Shown: positions 38,454-47,752, numbered from the stretch's first letter. The stretch: DNA of 64,000 nt from Anaerolineales bacterium (GCA_049644685.1 JBARSJ010000131.1:307-64306), one strand, 5' to 3'. The notes: generated by a model from the sequence alone, not told the origin. Numbers and translations: made by a program.

Positions 38454-39365
38454 ATGCGGAGCATGAAGAAAATCCTCATCACCGGGGCAACGGGATTTAT
38501 CGGAAAAGCCCTTACCCGGCACCTTTCGGAAACGGAGTACCAGGTACGGGTGCTGATTCATCCTTCCCTGAAATCCCCGGATTTACCGAAAGGGATCCCT
38601 GTCGAAGCAGCAGTATCGGGGTTAAACGATACCCGCGGGCTGCGGGCTGCCATGGTAGATGTGGATATTGTCTACCACCTGGCCAGCCAGGAAGCTCTCG
38701 GGGCGAGAGGCAACCTGCTGGAAACAGATATCCAGGGCACAAAAAATTTAGTGGTGGCTGCCCAGGATGCGGATGTAGACCGATTCTTTTTCATCAGCCA
38801 TCTCGGCGCGGACCGGGCATCGGCTTATCCAATCATGACCGCCAAAGCCATCGCCGAGGATCACATTAAAAAAAGCAGCCTGGATTACACTATCCTGCGT
38901 TCGGGAATCGTATATGGATCCAATGACCGTTTCACCACCAACCTCGCCCGGTTGATCCGCTCTATTCCCCTGGTATTCCCCTTGCCTGACCAGGGAGATA
39001 CCTTGCTGCAGCCATTGTGGATCGAAGATCTGGCTAACATCCTGCTCTGGTCACTGGATAACGATGATACCCGCCGGGAAACCTATGAAATTGGGGGACC
39101 GGAGCAGCTCAGCTTCCGGGATATTGTCCTGAGCTTGCTGGATGTGATGGGAATAAAGCGTCATTTACTCCCGGTCAGCATCCCCTTGATTCGCGCTGGG
39201 ACCGTGTTTGCAGATTACCTTTCACTGAAAATCCCCACCAATATCTTCTGGCTGGACTACCTGGCAACTAATCGCACCTGCTCTCTGAATACAGTGCCCC
39301 ATATTTTTAATCTGCTTCCCAGCCATTTTTCCAAGCGCTTGGAATACTTGAATCTTAACGATTAA
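38454..39365 (+). CDS. NAD(P)H-binding SDR-family protein (NmrA / NDUFA9-like epimerase fold)
   Basis: 303 aa with N-terminal ILITGATGFIGKAL. Confidence 0.75.
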   Translation: MRSMKKILITGATGFIGKALTRHLSETEYQVRVLIHPSLKSPDLPKGIPVEAAVSGLNDTRGLRAAMVDVDIVYHLASQEALGARGNLLETDIQGTKNLVVAAQDADVDRFFFISHLGADRASAYPIMTAKAIAEDHIKKSSLDYTILRSGIVYGSNDRFTTNLARLIRSIPLVFPLPDQGDTLLQPLWIEDLANILLWSLDNDDTRRETYEIGGPEQLSFRDIVLSLLDVMGIKRHLLPVSIPLIRAGTVFADYLSLKIPTNIFWLDYLATNRTCSLNTVPHIFNLLPSHFSKRLEYLNLND

Positions 39366-39400
39366 GTTCAGACATTCCCCTTAATCCCAAGGTAAAACCC

Positions 39401-40030
39401 ATGACCCTTTATGATATATCCCTCACCTACACTGAAGACCTGCCCACTTGGCCAGGCGATCCAATCATCCAGCTTAAACAAATCAGCAGTATAAAAGATG
39501 GAGAAATAGCCAACGTGACCCATTTGTCGATGTGCGCTCACAGCGGTACGCACGTGGATGCCCCGGATCATTTTTTAGGGAACGGAAAGACGGTAGAAAG
39601 TATCCCTCTGGAATTGATGGTTGGGCCGGCAGCGGTGGTTGAGATCCGCGCTGAGGGGACCATCACCGCCGCGGATTTAATCTCAGCTCAGATCCCTTCT
39701 GGCATGAAAAGGATCCTGCTCAAGACTGCCAATTCAGAGTACTGGGCAGCAGGGACCCTGGCATTCCAGGAAGATTTTTTAGCTCCTGATGGAGAAGCTG
39801 CGAAGTACCTGGTAGAGTTGGGTGTGGAAGTTATCGGTGTAGATTATCTCTCGGTAGCGCCATATACCGATCCGGAACCCACTCATAGAATCTTACTGGA
39901 AGCTGGGGTGTTGATCATTGAAGGCCTGGATCTTTCCGGGGTAGAACCCGGGGAGTATACCCTGTACTGTCTTCCGTTAAAGATTGGCGGAGCGGACGGC
40001 GCCCCGGCCCGGGTTTTGCTCAAACGTTGA
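39401..40030 (+). CDS. Cyclase-family protein (kynurenine-formamidase-like)
   Basis: 209 aa with the motif H.GTHVDAP.HF. Confidence 0.8.
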   Translation: MTLYDISLTYTEDLPTWPGDPIIQLKQISSIKDGEIANVTHLSMCAHSGTHVDAPDHFLGNGKTVESIPLELMVGPAAVVEIRAEGTITAADLISAQIPSGMKRILLKTANSEYWAAGTLAFQEDFLAPDGEAAKYLVELGVEVIGVDYLSVAPYTDPEPTHRILLEAGVLIIEGLDLSGVEPGEYTLYCLPLKIGGADGAPARVLLKR

Positions 40031-40490
40031 ACCAGGTCACAACCCACCGGAGTCAAAAAGGAAGCTCTGGAGAGCGCCATGGCAGGGCATATCCTGGCTC
40101 AGGCGGAGCTGATGGGGACATTTACGCGGTAAGAAAACCTCCTCCAGCGGAAAAATCAATCAGATAAATTGGGGATCGTTGGCATGATCCTCAATCTATC
40201 ATGTTTCTTTTCCAGAATTAATGGCAGTTTTCTTGTATAATGAATGGATACTCGATTTTTGTCCTTGTCCACTTGGCTATGAGTAAAAAACTGGTGAGGA
40301 ATATTCCTAAGGCAGTTCATTTTCTAGATATCCACCAATTTACCTCAATCCCAGAACACCGATAATCTCACTAATCCCCATCATCCCCGGCAGGTTGGGG
40401 GAAGTTCGTTTCCCCATAGTTAAACTTCTCATCTCAGAATATAATGCCACTGGATAGGCGATTATTTTGAATATCTTAAGGAGGAAATCC

Positions 40491-41408
40491 ATGAACCAAG
40501 GTCTGAAAATTTCCCTTATTGTATTTATCATCTTATTAGGCATAGTCTTTATCGCTCTGGTTATAGTGACTCGCTCCCAGGCAGTGGATATCGTCAACCA
40601 CCCTCCGGAAGAGCGCCCGGAGATCGAAGAAACGCCGGAAGACTATGGAATGATTTATGAGAAGGTCAGCGTGACAACCGAGGACGGTTTGAAACTCTAC
40701 GGATGGTATATCCCGGGAGAGAACGGGGCTACAATCATGATCGCGCATGGGTCTCCGGGAGGAAGGCAGGACGGACTCTATGAAGCCGGCTTTCTAAACG
40801 AAGGTGGTTATGGAGTCCTGCTGGGGAGTTTCAGGGCTCATGATGAGTGCGAAGGCGAACTGATCAGCTGGGGCTATCATGAACAGAAGGACATTGCCGC
40901 CTGGCACCAGTATCTGCTTGGACGTGATGACGTTGACCCGGAACGAATTGGCCTTTTCGGGGAATCGATGGGAGGAGGAACAGGAATTCTTTATACCGCG
41001 GGAGACCCAGGCATCGCAGCCCTGGCAACGGGAAGTGGTTTTGCCCTCACCCAGGAGGTCATTGAAAAGTTTATTCAGCATGAGCTTGATCCACCACAAT
41101 GGATCACTCCAATATTGGCCGGTTTTATCAAATTCTGGGCCCAGCGCGAAGCGGATTTCAGGACAGAAGATTTAGATACAGAAGCAATCATTGCTAACAT
41201 CAGCCCTGTACCGATCCTGATCATCCATGGCGGTGAGGACGACAAGATCGGTCCCGACAGCGGCAAACAGCTCTTTGCGGCCGCCGCTGAACCCAAGGAA
41301 CTGCTGTGGATCCCTGAAGCAGGCCATGTCAATTTTGAAGACTTCCAGCCGGAGGAATACAAGAATGCCCTTTTGGGTTTCTTTGACCAGCACCTGCTGG
41401 AGCAATAA
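40491..41408 (+). CDS. Membrane-anchored alpha/beta hydrolase (S9/DLH-like)
   Basis: AAGGAGG RBS before the ATG at 40491. N-terminal TM helix, nucleophile elbow GESMGG, and C-terminal GHV. Confidence 0.75.
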   Translation: MNQGLKISLIVFIILLGIVFIALVIVTRSQAVDIVNHPPEERPEIEETPEDYGMIYEKVSVTTEDGLKLYGWYIPGENGATIMIAHGSPGGRQDGLYEAGFLNEGGYGVLLGSFRAHDECEGELISWGYHEQKDIAAWHQYLLGRDDVDPERIGLFGESMGGGTGILYTAGDPGIAALATGSGFALTQEVIEKFIQHELDPPQWITPILAGFIKFWAQREADFRTEDLDTEAIIANISPVPILIIHGGEDDKIGPDSGKQLFAAAAEPKELLWIPEAGHVNFEDFQPEEYKNALLGFFDQHLLEQ

Positions 41409-41485
41409 AAAAGATCCCCTAAGCCTTAATAGTCCAGCGGGGCAGGATTTCAGGCAGCTGAGATAGCTGTTTGGGTAATAATTTC

Positions 41486-41514
41486 TTGTCAAAGGGTAGG
41501 CTGGATGCTATAAT
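41486..41514 (+). promoter_or_regulatory. Sigma-70-type promoter for tRNA-Val
   Basis: TTGTCA, 17 nt, TATAAT, with an extended TG (TGCTATAAT). The -10 box ends 14 nt before the tRNA 5' end. Confidence 0.65.
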
Positions 41515-41528
41515 TTCGCCTACAAAAC

Positions 41529-41602
<74 letters not shown>

Positions 41603-41720
41603 CTGTCTTGGTCCCATCTCGAACCTCATAGTGAGGAAGTAGAGCAATTCCTGGCAATGCTCAGATTTGAGCAGAAAAGCGAGGTAAAAAGGCTCTCAGA
41701 ATTCCTCAAATGAGGTAGAG

Positions 41721-41960
41721 ATGGGTTCTTCATTTAAAGGCACAAATCCTGATGTAACAGAAGATTACATTACCGTAAAAACTGCATCCAAATTCAGTGG
41801 TTACAACGAACAATACCTTCGAAGGTTATTAAGGGGGGGAATTTTCAAGACCAGAAAGATTGGACAACTCTGGTTGATTGAACAAGCTGATTTTGGAAAA
41901 TACTTTTCTGAAGCTACAAAATCAGATGATAAGCGATTTGGCCCCCAATCAAGTACGTAA
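41721..41960 (+). CDS. Small helix-turn-helix DNA-binding protein (excisionase/MerR-like HTH)
   Basis: 79 aa. The segment ITVKTASKFSGYNEQYLRRLLRGG....RKIG..WLI....F..Y resembles HTH_17/excisionase-family proteins. GAGG RBS upstream. Confidence 0.5.
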   Translation: MGSSFKGTNPDVTEDYITVKTASKFSGYNEQYLRRLLRGGIFKTRKIGQLWLIEQADFGKYFSEATKSDDKRFGPQSST

Positions 41961-41971
41961 CATAATTGTTA

Positions 41972-41977
41972 TATAAT
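41972..41977 (+). promoter_or_regulatory. Candidate -10 box (TGTTATATAAT context) upstream of cassette array B
   Basis: TATAAT with a TG two nt upstream. It lies between the HTH gene and the direct repeats. No convincing -35 box. Confidence 0.3.
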
Positions 41978-41988
41978 ACAGATAAGCA

Positions 41989-42057
41989 GATATCAGTCCA
42001 AATGGACCGATTATTACCGATATCCGGTCCAAATGGACCAATATCTATAGGTTAGCT
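41989..42057 (+). other. attI-like junction: two direct repeats followed by the first GTTAGCT crossover box
   Basis: GATATCAGTCCAAATGGACC (41989-42008) and GATATCCGGTCCAAATGGACC (42019-42039). Each contains the inverted repeat GTCCA-aa-TGGAC. A third, partial AATATC follows, then GTTAGCT at 42051-42057. Confidence 0.45.
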
Positions 42058-42091
42058 GGATCGAATAATTGTTAGGACAAAGGAGAGTAGA

Positions 42092-42793
42092 ATGGCGACA
42101 TATTTGTTTTGCGTTGGCGGTCATACGGGGGGCTGGTGGGTACGAGAGATAGGTATCGAATCTCAACTTCGGGAAGCAGGTCATGAAGTATTCAGACCCA
42201 CCTACACAGGTGTGGGCGAACGTATCCATCTTAGTAACCCTAACATCGACCTAAACACCCACATACAAGATATCTTGATGGTGCTCGAATATGAAGAGCT
42301 AGAGGATGTAATCCTTGTTGGACATAGCTATGGAGGAATGATTGCAGCCGGAGTGGCTGAGAAGTGCCCGGAAAGAATCGCTCACATGGTCACATTAGAT
42401 GGCATCATTCCAAATGATGGACAATCGGTCGCAGACATTATCGGAGCTCAGGTAATGGAGTTCCTAAAGGGAAATGCTAAGGCGCATGGTGAGGGGTGGC
42501 AAGTAATACCTGATTGGCCCGGTGTGAAACCAAGACATACAGGGCATCCGCTCGCAACAATGCAAACAAAAATCGATATTAGTAATCCTAAAGCAGCGGA
42601 GATCCCAAAGACATATATCTTTTGCACAGAGGGCAAGGAAGAGCTTCCCATCATTCAATACACAATTGATCAAGTTCCCAGGGTAAAGTCGGATCCAAAC
42701 TGGGAGTACTATGAAATCCAGACTGATCACGAGCTTACTGAGACTGATGAACTCGTAGGGATTCTTCTGGATATTGGACGGCGATCCAGCTAA
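42092..42793 (+). CDS. Alpha/beta hydrolase (esterase; salicylate-esterase-like) (cassette B1)
   Basis: 233 aa. Nucleophile elbow GHSYGG. AAAGGAG RBS. The TAA stop lies inside the attC R'' box. Confidence 0.75.
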   Translation: MATYLFCVGGHTGGWWVREIGIESQLREAGHEVFRPTYTGVGERIHLSNPNIDLNTHIQDILMVLEYEELEDVILVGHSYGGMIAAGVAEKCPERIAHMVTLDGIIPNDGQSVADIIGAQVMEFLKGNAKAHGEGWQVIPDWPGVKPRHTGHPLATMQTKIDISNPKAAEIPKTYIFCTEGKEELPIIQYTIDQVPRVKSDPNWEYYEIQTDHELTETDELVGILLDIGRRSS

Positions 42794-42867
42794 CCCCCGC
42801 TCCACCCGACAGCCAGGGGAGGACCGGGAAAGGAAGACCCGGCTGCGGGTGAGCTCATCCGTTAGCT
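42783..42867 (+). other. attC site B1
   Basis: CGATCCAGCTAA (42782-42793) is the exact reverse complement of the cassette start TTAGCTGGATCG (42052-42063). The arm GCTC(C)ACCCG(A)CAGCC pairs with GGCTGCGGGTGAGC, leaving two extrahelical bases. The unpaired spacers are CCCC / TCATCC. It ends in GTTAGCT (42861-42867). Confidence 0.85.
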
Positions 42868-42934
42868 GGCTAATTGTGCTTTTACTGGAATATACTGTCT
42901 TGACAAATGCGAGTTCACGCGGAGGAAATGCAGA

Positions 42935-44863
42935 ATGTCCGAACCTAAAATAGCACCTTACGGCTCGTGGAGATCACCCATCACCTCCGACTTGATCGTC
43001 GCCGAGACTATTGGGTTGAACCAGCCCACCTTTAACGACGATATCTATTGGCTTGAACTGCGTCCCAAAGAGGGTGGGCGGCTTGTCCTCGTGCGGAGCA
43101 CTTTTAACGGCAAAACGACCGACCTCACACCCGAGCCGTTCAACGTACGCACGCGCGTGCACGAATACGGGGGCGGCGCCTACGCTGTCTCGAAAGACAC
43201 GGTGTACTTTTCTAACTTTCTTGACCAACGCCTTTACCGGCAAGATCATGGCGGTCCACCGTGCCCGATTACAGCCGAGGCTGCCTTTCGCTATGCAGAT
43301 TATGTTCTTGATCGGGACCGCAATCTGCTTTTCTGTGTGCGGGAGGATCACAGTGGGTCAGACGAGGCCGTGAACTCATTGGTAAGGGTGAAATGCGAGG
43401 GTGACGAAAGGGGGGGAGAAGTGATTGTCTCTGGCAACGATTTCTATTCTTCTCCGCGCCTCAGTCCAGATGGAGCACATCTGGCTTGGCTGACGTGGAA
43501 CCACCCGAACATGCCCTGGGATGGCACCGAACTGTGGGTTGGTGAAGTCAAAGCTGATGGCTCGCTAGGCCGAAAAGAGTTCGTAGCGGGTGGCCTCACA
43601 GAGTCCATCTTCCAACCGGAATGGTCGCCAAATGGCGTTCTATATTTCGTCTCCGACCGGACAGGATGGTGGAATCTCTATCGCTGGCAGGCTGGACGTG
43701 TCGAACCGTTATGTCCCATGGAAGCTGAGTTCGGAGGGCCACAGTGGGTCTTTGGCATGTCCACTTTTGCGTTTGAATCGGTCAAGCGAATTATCTGCAC
43801 ATATTTAAAGCAGGGAAAGTCACATCTGGCGAGCCTCGACACGACGACGCTCAATCTGGAAGAGATCGAAACGCTGTATACGGATATTAAAAGCCTACAT
43901 GCCGCGCCAGGGCAGGTGCTGTTCATTGCTGGTTCGCCCACCGAAACCGCATCTGTCGTTTTGCTTGATCTGGCTACGCGGCAATACGAAGTCCTGCGCC
44001 GTTCGAGCGGGCTAAAGGTGGACCCTGACTATATCTCCATTCCTCAGGCGATCGAATTTCCCACTGAAAGCGAGCTTATGGCTCACGCTTTCTTTTATTC
44101 GCCATACAATCGTGACTATGTTGCGCCGGAGAGCGACCAACCTCCCATGCTGGTGTTGAGCCATGGTGGGCCGACCGGGGCAACTACAGCCGTATTCGAT
44201 ATGCAGATCCAATACTGGACAAGCCGTGGCATCGCCGTACTAGATGTAAACTACGGTGGTAGTACTGGCTATGGGCGCGCCTTCCGTCAGCGGCTCAACA
44301 GGCAGTGGGGCATTGTGGATGTAGACGATTGCATTAATGCAGCCCGTTACCTGGTCGACCGCGGCGAGGTTGACGACAAGCGGTTGGCGATTGCTGGCGG
44401 CAGCGCGGGCGGATATACGACCCTAAGCGCCCTGACCTTTCGTGACATTTTCAGCGCTGGCGCCAGTTACTTTGGCGTCGCTGATCTGGAGACGTTGGCC
44501 AGGGATACACACAAGTTTGAGTCGCGTTACTTGGACAACCTGATTGGTCCTTTTCCTGAACAGCGTGATCTCTATGTCGAGCGCTCACCCATTCACCATG
44601 TCGATTTGTTATCCTGCCCGCTTATCCTATTCCAGGGATTGGAAGACGAAGTGGTTTCACCAGACCAGGCCGAAAAAATGTTCGAGGCTGTGCGCGCGAA
44701 GGGATTGCCAGTTAGCTATCTGCCTTTCGAGGGTGAGCAGCATGGCTTCCGAAAAGCCGAGAACATTAAACGTGCGCTGGACGCCGAACTATATTTTTAC
44801 TCAAGAATATTTGGCTTTGAATTGGCCGACCCAGTTGAGCCGGTGTCGATTGACAATTTGTGA
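42935..44863 (+). CDS. S9-family serine peptidase (prolyl oligopeptidase / acylaminoacyl-peptidase type) (cassette B2)
   Basis: 642 aa. N-terminal beta-propeller-like region, then a catalytic domain with GGSAGGY (nucleophile), D.VV and EGEQHGF. Confidence 0.85.
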   Translation: MSEPKIAPYGSWRSPITSDLIVAETIGLNQPTFNDDIYWLELRPKEGGRLVLVRSTFNGKTTDLTPEPFNVRTRVHEYGGGAYAVSKDTVYFSNFLDQRLYRQDHGGPPCPITAEAAFRYADYVLDRDRNLLFCVREDHSGSDEAVNSLVRVKCEGDERGGEVIVSGNDFYSSPRLSPDGAHLAWLTWNHPNMPWDGTELWVGEVKADGSLGRKEFVAGGLTESIFQPEWSPNGVLYFVSDRTGWWNLYRWQAGRVEPLCPMEAEFGGPQWVFGMSTFAFESVKRIICTYLKQGKSHLASLDTTTLNLEEIETLYTDIKSLHAAPGQVLFIAGSPTETASVVLLDLATRQYEVLRRSSGLKVDPDYISIPQAIEFPTESELMAHAFFYSPYNRDYVAPESDQPPMLVLSHGGPTGATTAVFDMQIQYWTSRGIAVLDVNYGGSTGYGRAFRQRLNRQWGIVDVDDCINAARYLVDRGEVDDKRLAIAGGSAGGYTTLSALTFRDIFSAGASYFGVADLETLARDTHKFESRYLDNLIGPFPEQRDLYVERSPIHHVDLLSCPLILFQGLEDEVVSPDQAEKMFEAVRAKGLPVSYLPFEGEQHGFRKAENIKRALDAELYFYSRIFGFELADPVEPVSIDNL

Positions 44864-45016
44864 GCCCAGTTTATGTATGAAAGAGATGGCTGCTATATTG
44901 CGGCACCTTCAATGTTCGGTTGGATCCAACTAATCCTGCGAGCAACCACTCGGCTTTATCATACTGGGCTCCCTCACCAACAACCTACATTTTTTTGATG
45001 AGTCTTGCAAACCAAA

Positions 45017-45144
45017 GCGCCAGCTAAAAAAATGCACACGAATTGCTACCTTTCCGTTTTTAGAAATAGGTTGCGCCTGTGGAGTCACTTTGGTTTTGAG
45101 GTTGGTTTCGCTGACCCGAAATCACGTAATTTTGGGCGTTAGCT
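45017..45144 (+). other. attC-like site B2 (boundaries convincing, internal pairing poor)
   Basis: GCCAGCTAA (45019-45027) is the reverse complement of the cassette start TTAGCTGGC (42862-42870). It ends in GTTAGCT (45138-45144). I could not find a good L-box stem by eye. Confidence 0.45.
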
Positions 45145-45162
45145 TGCCAGAGGAGTAGGACA

Positions 45163-45792
45163 ATGAGCAAGGATCCATATAGACGGGTTGCAGGTATCTA
45201 TGACAGAATATTCGAGCCCATGAATCGTGGCTTGAGGGTCCTTGGTTTTCGCATGTTCCTTCCACCACGCGGTGGAGCCGTCCTGGATATTGGATGCGGG
45301 ACGGGAATCCACCTTGAGATGTATCAAAGATACAGCTGTAACCTATATGGCATTGATACTTCCCCATCTATGCTCGAACTGGCCAGAGACCGGTTGGGGG
45401 AGAGCGCCGAACTCCGTCAAGCGGATGCGATAAATATGCCCTACGAGACGACCTTTTTTGATCTCGTACTCTGCATGCTTGTGCTGCATGAAATGGATGA
45501 TGAGGCGCGCACAGGGGTTTTGAGTGAGATGAAGCGTGTAATCAAGACCGATGGCCGCGTACTTCTCATCGATTTTCACGCCGGCAAACCACGTTCGTGT
45601 AAGGGGTATTTCTCCAAGTTGGTGATAGTGTTTTCCGAGGTTGCCGCGGGACGAAGGCACTTTCGCAACTATCGTCATTTCATGTCAATTGGTGGATTGC
45701 CAACCTTGATTGACAAGAGTCGGTTCGAAATTGAGAAGACGAGAATTGTAGGCGATGATACCCTTGCCCTTTATCTACTTCGTGGAAAGTGA
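45163..45792 (+). CDS. Class I SAM-dependent methyltransferase (cassette B3)
   Basis: 209 aa. Motif I VLDIGCGTG and a post-I acidic residue (GIDTS). Confidence 0.8.
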   Translation: MSKDPYRRVAGIYDRIFEPMNRGLRVLGFRMFLPPRGGAVLDIGCGTGIHLEMYQRYSCNLYGIDTSPSMLELARDRLGESAELRQADAINMPYETTFFDLVLCMLVLHEMDDEARTGVLSEMKRVIKTDGRVLLIDFHAGKPRSCKGYFSKLVIVFSEVAAGRRHFRNYRHFMSIGGLPTLIDKSRFEIEKTRIVGDDTLALYLLRGK

Positions 45793-45824
45793 AGTAGGCA
45801 AACCATCCTGTCCTCAGGTTAAAT

Positions 45825-45916
45825 CAGGCAAGCTAACGTCTCGCTGGAGCGGACCGCGCGCGAGGCGCTGGAATTGAAGTTGGTGTGTGGGGCTGCTCAG
45901 CTCGAAACTGTTAGCT
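45825..45916 (+). other. attC site B3
   Basis: GGCAAGCTAA (45827-45836) is the reverse complement of the cassette start TTAGCTTGCC (45139-45148). The arm GCTG(G)AGCGG(A)CC pairs with GGCTGCTCAGC. It ends in GTTAGCT (45910-45916). Confidence 0.75.
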
Positions 45917-45926
45917 AGGTCAGAAT

Positions 45927-46037
45927 AAGGTACAATTCAGACAATTATTAAGAAAAATGTATTCGAAAAGTGGTTCGTGATCTGTCCACTAACGTCCACT
46001 AGAATCGCTTGACGAATCCGGCGGGCGATTATTTTTC
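45927..46037 (+). ncRNA. Repeated noncoding module R1: -10-like box, conserved 29-nt motif, terminator hairpin (candidate small transcript)
   Basis: TACAAT (45931-36). Motif GGTTCGTGATCTGTCCACTAACGTCCACT (45972-46000). Hairpin AATCGC/GCGATT followed by ATTTTT (46003-46036). Confidence 0.35.
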
Positions 46038-46143
46038 ATAAGCAGGTTGATTCCCCTTATGCATTGAAAATATTTTTTATTATGCTACTATCAATTTATA
46101 CAGATTAATTAAAGATTACCCACGCTAATCAATATAGCTTTCC

Positions 46144-46181
46144 AAAAAACAATGCCAAAATATAAAGGCATTGTTTTTTTA
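46144..46181 (+). terminator. Rho-independent terminator inside cassette B4, upstream of the aminopeptidase gene
   Basis: AACAATGCC-aaaatataaa-GGCATTGTT followed by TTTTT, and preceded by AAAAAA, so it may work in both directions. Confidence 0.6.
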
Positions 46182-46228
46182 TCAAAACGGCATACTTTAT
46201 GGGAATAAAATCTGGAAGAATAAAACAA

Positions 46229-47476
46229 ATGAAAACCCAAGATTTCGATCAAAAACTAGAAAAATATGCAGAGTTAATCGTCAAAGTCGGATTAAATCTT
46301 CAGCCTGAACAACGACTTTTTCTCACTGCCATTTCACTAGATGTCGCACCCCTCGTCAGGCAAGTGGTGAAAAGTGCCTATAAAAATGGGAGCAGATTGG
46401 TGTCAGTCCTGTGGTTAGACGAACAGCTGGATAAAATCAGGCATCAGAACGCGCCACGCGATTCGTTTGAAGAATTCCCTACCTGGAGGACAGATGGGGA
46501 ACTGCAATGTATTGAGCGTGGAGATGCTAACTTATACATTGTCGGCAGAAACCCTGAATTATTAAAGGACCAGGACCCTAAACTTGTTGCGATTGCTGCC
46601 CGGACTGTAGCTAAAAATAATAAACCAATACTTGGCCATCTGGGGAAAAATTCTATACAGTGGTCCTGTGTAGCTTCACCTACTCCAGATTGGGCCATAA
46701 AAGTGTTTCCAGATAATACACCACAAGATGCAGAAGCGCGATTGTGGGATGCGGTCTTTAAGGCGTGCCGAATAGATGAACCTGATCCAGCCGTTTTTTG
46801 GGAGAAACATCTTGACAATCTTGAAAAAAGAGCAAAATACCTCACTGATAAACAGTACTCAGCATTACAATTTACAGGGCTGGGCACGAACCTCACAGTT
46901 GGTTTACCGGAAGGTCACATTTGGGGAGGAGCCAAAGTTAAAACCCCGTCGAATATTTCCTTTGTAGCCAATTTACCTACAGAAGAAGTATTTACCTTAC
47001 CTCACAAAAATAAGATTGAGGGTACTGTTACAGCAACCAAACCTCTTAGTTATCAAGGCAATCTGATTGAGAATTTCAGCTTTACCTTTTCTGAAGGAAA
47101 AGTTGTTAATTTTTCCGCAGAAAAAGGTGAAGAAACATTGCGCAATTTGCTAGAAACCGACGAGCATGCCAAATCTCTGGGTGAGGTCGCATTGGTTCCC
47201 CATCAGACACCGATCTCGCAATTAGACTTAATATTCTTGAACACGATATATGATGAAAATGCTTCTAATCACCTTGCATTAGGAAATGCATACCGATTCA
47301 CACTTGTAGATGGAAAGACAATGTCTGATGAAGAATTCGAGCAAGCTGGTGGAAATGACAGCCTGATTCATGTTGACTTCATGTTTGGATCTGGCGAGAT
47401 GGACGTAGACGGGTTGCTGGCCGATGGGGTAACAGAACCAGTAATGCGCGCAGGAGAATGGGCATTTGATTTGTAG
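46229..47476 (+). CDS. M29-family aminopeptidase (AmpS/PepS/aminopeptidase T type) (cassette B4)
   Basis: The N-terminal F...L.KYAEL.VKVGLN.Q..Q.L pattern is typical of M29. The C-terminal motif is H.A.G......G.N.S..H.D. The start at 46229 (MKTQDF) is preferred over 46199. Confidence 0.8.
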   Translation: MKTQDFDQKLEKYAELIVKVGLNLQPEQRLFLTAISLDVAPLVRQVVKSAYKNGSRLVSVLWLDEQLDKIRHQNAPRDSFEEFPTWRTDGELQCIERGDANLYIVGRNPELLKDQDPKLVAIAARTVAKNNKPILGHLGKNSIQWSCVASPTPDWAIKVFPDNTPQDAEARLWDAVFKACRIDEPDPAVFWEKHLDNLEKRAKYLTDKQYSALQFTGLGTNLTVGLPEGHIWGGAKVKTPSNISFVANLPTEEVFTLPHKNKIEGTVTATKPLSYQGNLIENFSFTFSEGKVVNFSAEKGEETLRNLLETDEHAKSLGEVALVPHQTPISQLDLIFLNTIYDENASNHLALGNAYRFTLVDGKTMSDEEFEQAGGNDSLIHVDFMFGSGEMDVDGLLADGVTEPVMRAGEWAFDL

Positions 47477-47485
47477 CCTAAAGTT

Positions 47486-47546
47486 AAGGTCCTAACCCGC
47501 GCTGTAGCAAAAGCTAGGATCGCGCTACTGAGCTCATCTGTTAGAT
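47486..47546 (+). other. attC site B4
   Basis: TCCTAAC (47490-96) ... CTGAGCTCATCT-GTTAGAT (47540-46). It carries the family signature at both ends. Confidence 0.7.
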
Positions 47547-47567
47547 CGCTCAAGATAATTAAATTCT

Positions 47568-47630
47568 AAGGTTATAATTAGGAAAAATCTATTAGAAAAG
47601 CGGTTCGTGATCTGTCCACCAATGCCCACA
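47568..47630 (+). ncRNA. Repeated noncoding module R2 (inside ORF-less cassette B5)
   Basis: GGTTATAAT (-10 at 47573-78), then GGTTCGTGATCTGTCCACCAATGCCCAC (47602-29). Confidence 0.35.
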
Positions 47631-47646
47631 AACAAAATAACCCTCA

Positions 47647-47655
47647 TGCTATACT
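47647..47655 (+). promoter_or_regulatory. Extended -10 box TGCTATACT inside ORF-less cassette B5, reading through the short attC into cassette B6
   Basis: Identical 9-mer to 10356-10364. The distance to the GTTA crossover is 90 nt, against 85 nt at array A. Confidence 0.4.
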
Positions 47656-47701
47656 TCTTGCAGAGGGGATAACATCTTTGGATGTTACCTTCCACGTCGA
47701 T

Positions 47702-47752
47702 ACATAACGCCTAAATGATTATCACGCAGGTGAAACATAATTAACGTTATGT
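47702..47752 (+). other. Short attC-like site B5 (51 nt class)
   Basis: ACATAACG / CGTTATGT form an 8-bp outer stem, followed by an internal loop. The inner stem is ATTAT-CAC / GTG-(aaac)-ATAAT. 30/32 nt are identical to 10422-10453. Confidence 0.5.

Noticed and set aside
38372-38869. 165-aa ORF overlapping the start of the NAD(P)-binding protein gene in another frame.
   Set aside because: The product is Gly/Arg/Pro-rich and low in complexity. The overlapping frame encodes a clean Rossmann-fold protein (ILITGATGFIGKAL).
41603-41720. An in-frame stretch, ...SEEVEQFLAMLRFEQKSEVKRLSEFLK*, lies just after the tRNA. I considered it as a remnant of an integrase N-terminus.
   Set aside because: It spans only about 37 codons, has no start codon and has no diagnostic recombinase motif. 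The call cannot be supported.
45972-46000. GGTTCGWGATCTGTCCAC looked like a tRNA T-arm (GGTTCGAG) or a duplicated tRNA-Val 3' end, which would mark an island attachment site.
   Set aside because: Beyond GGTTCGAG the sequence diverges from the tRNA-Val 3' end (GGTTCGAGTCCATTCGCGCCCA). No T-stem complementarity exists. No direct repeat of the tRNA 3' end was found at the right end of array B.
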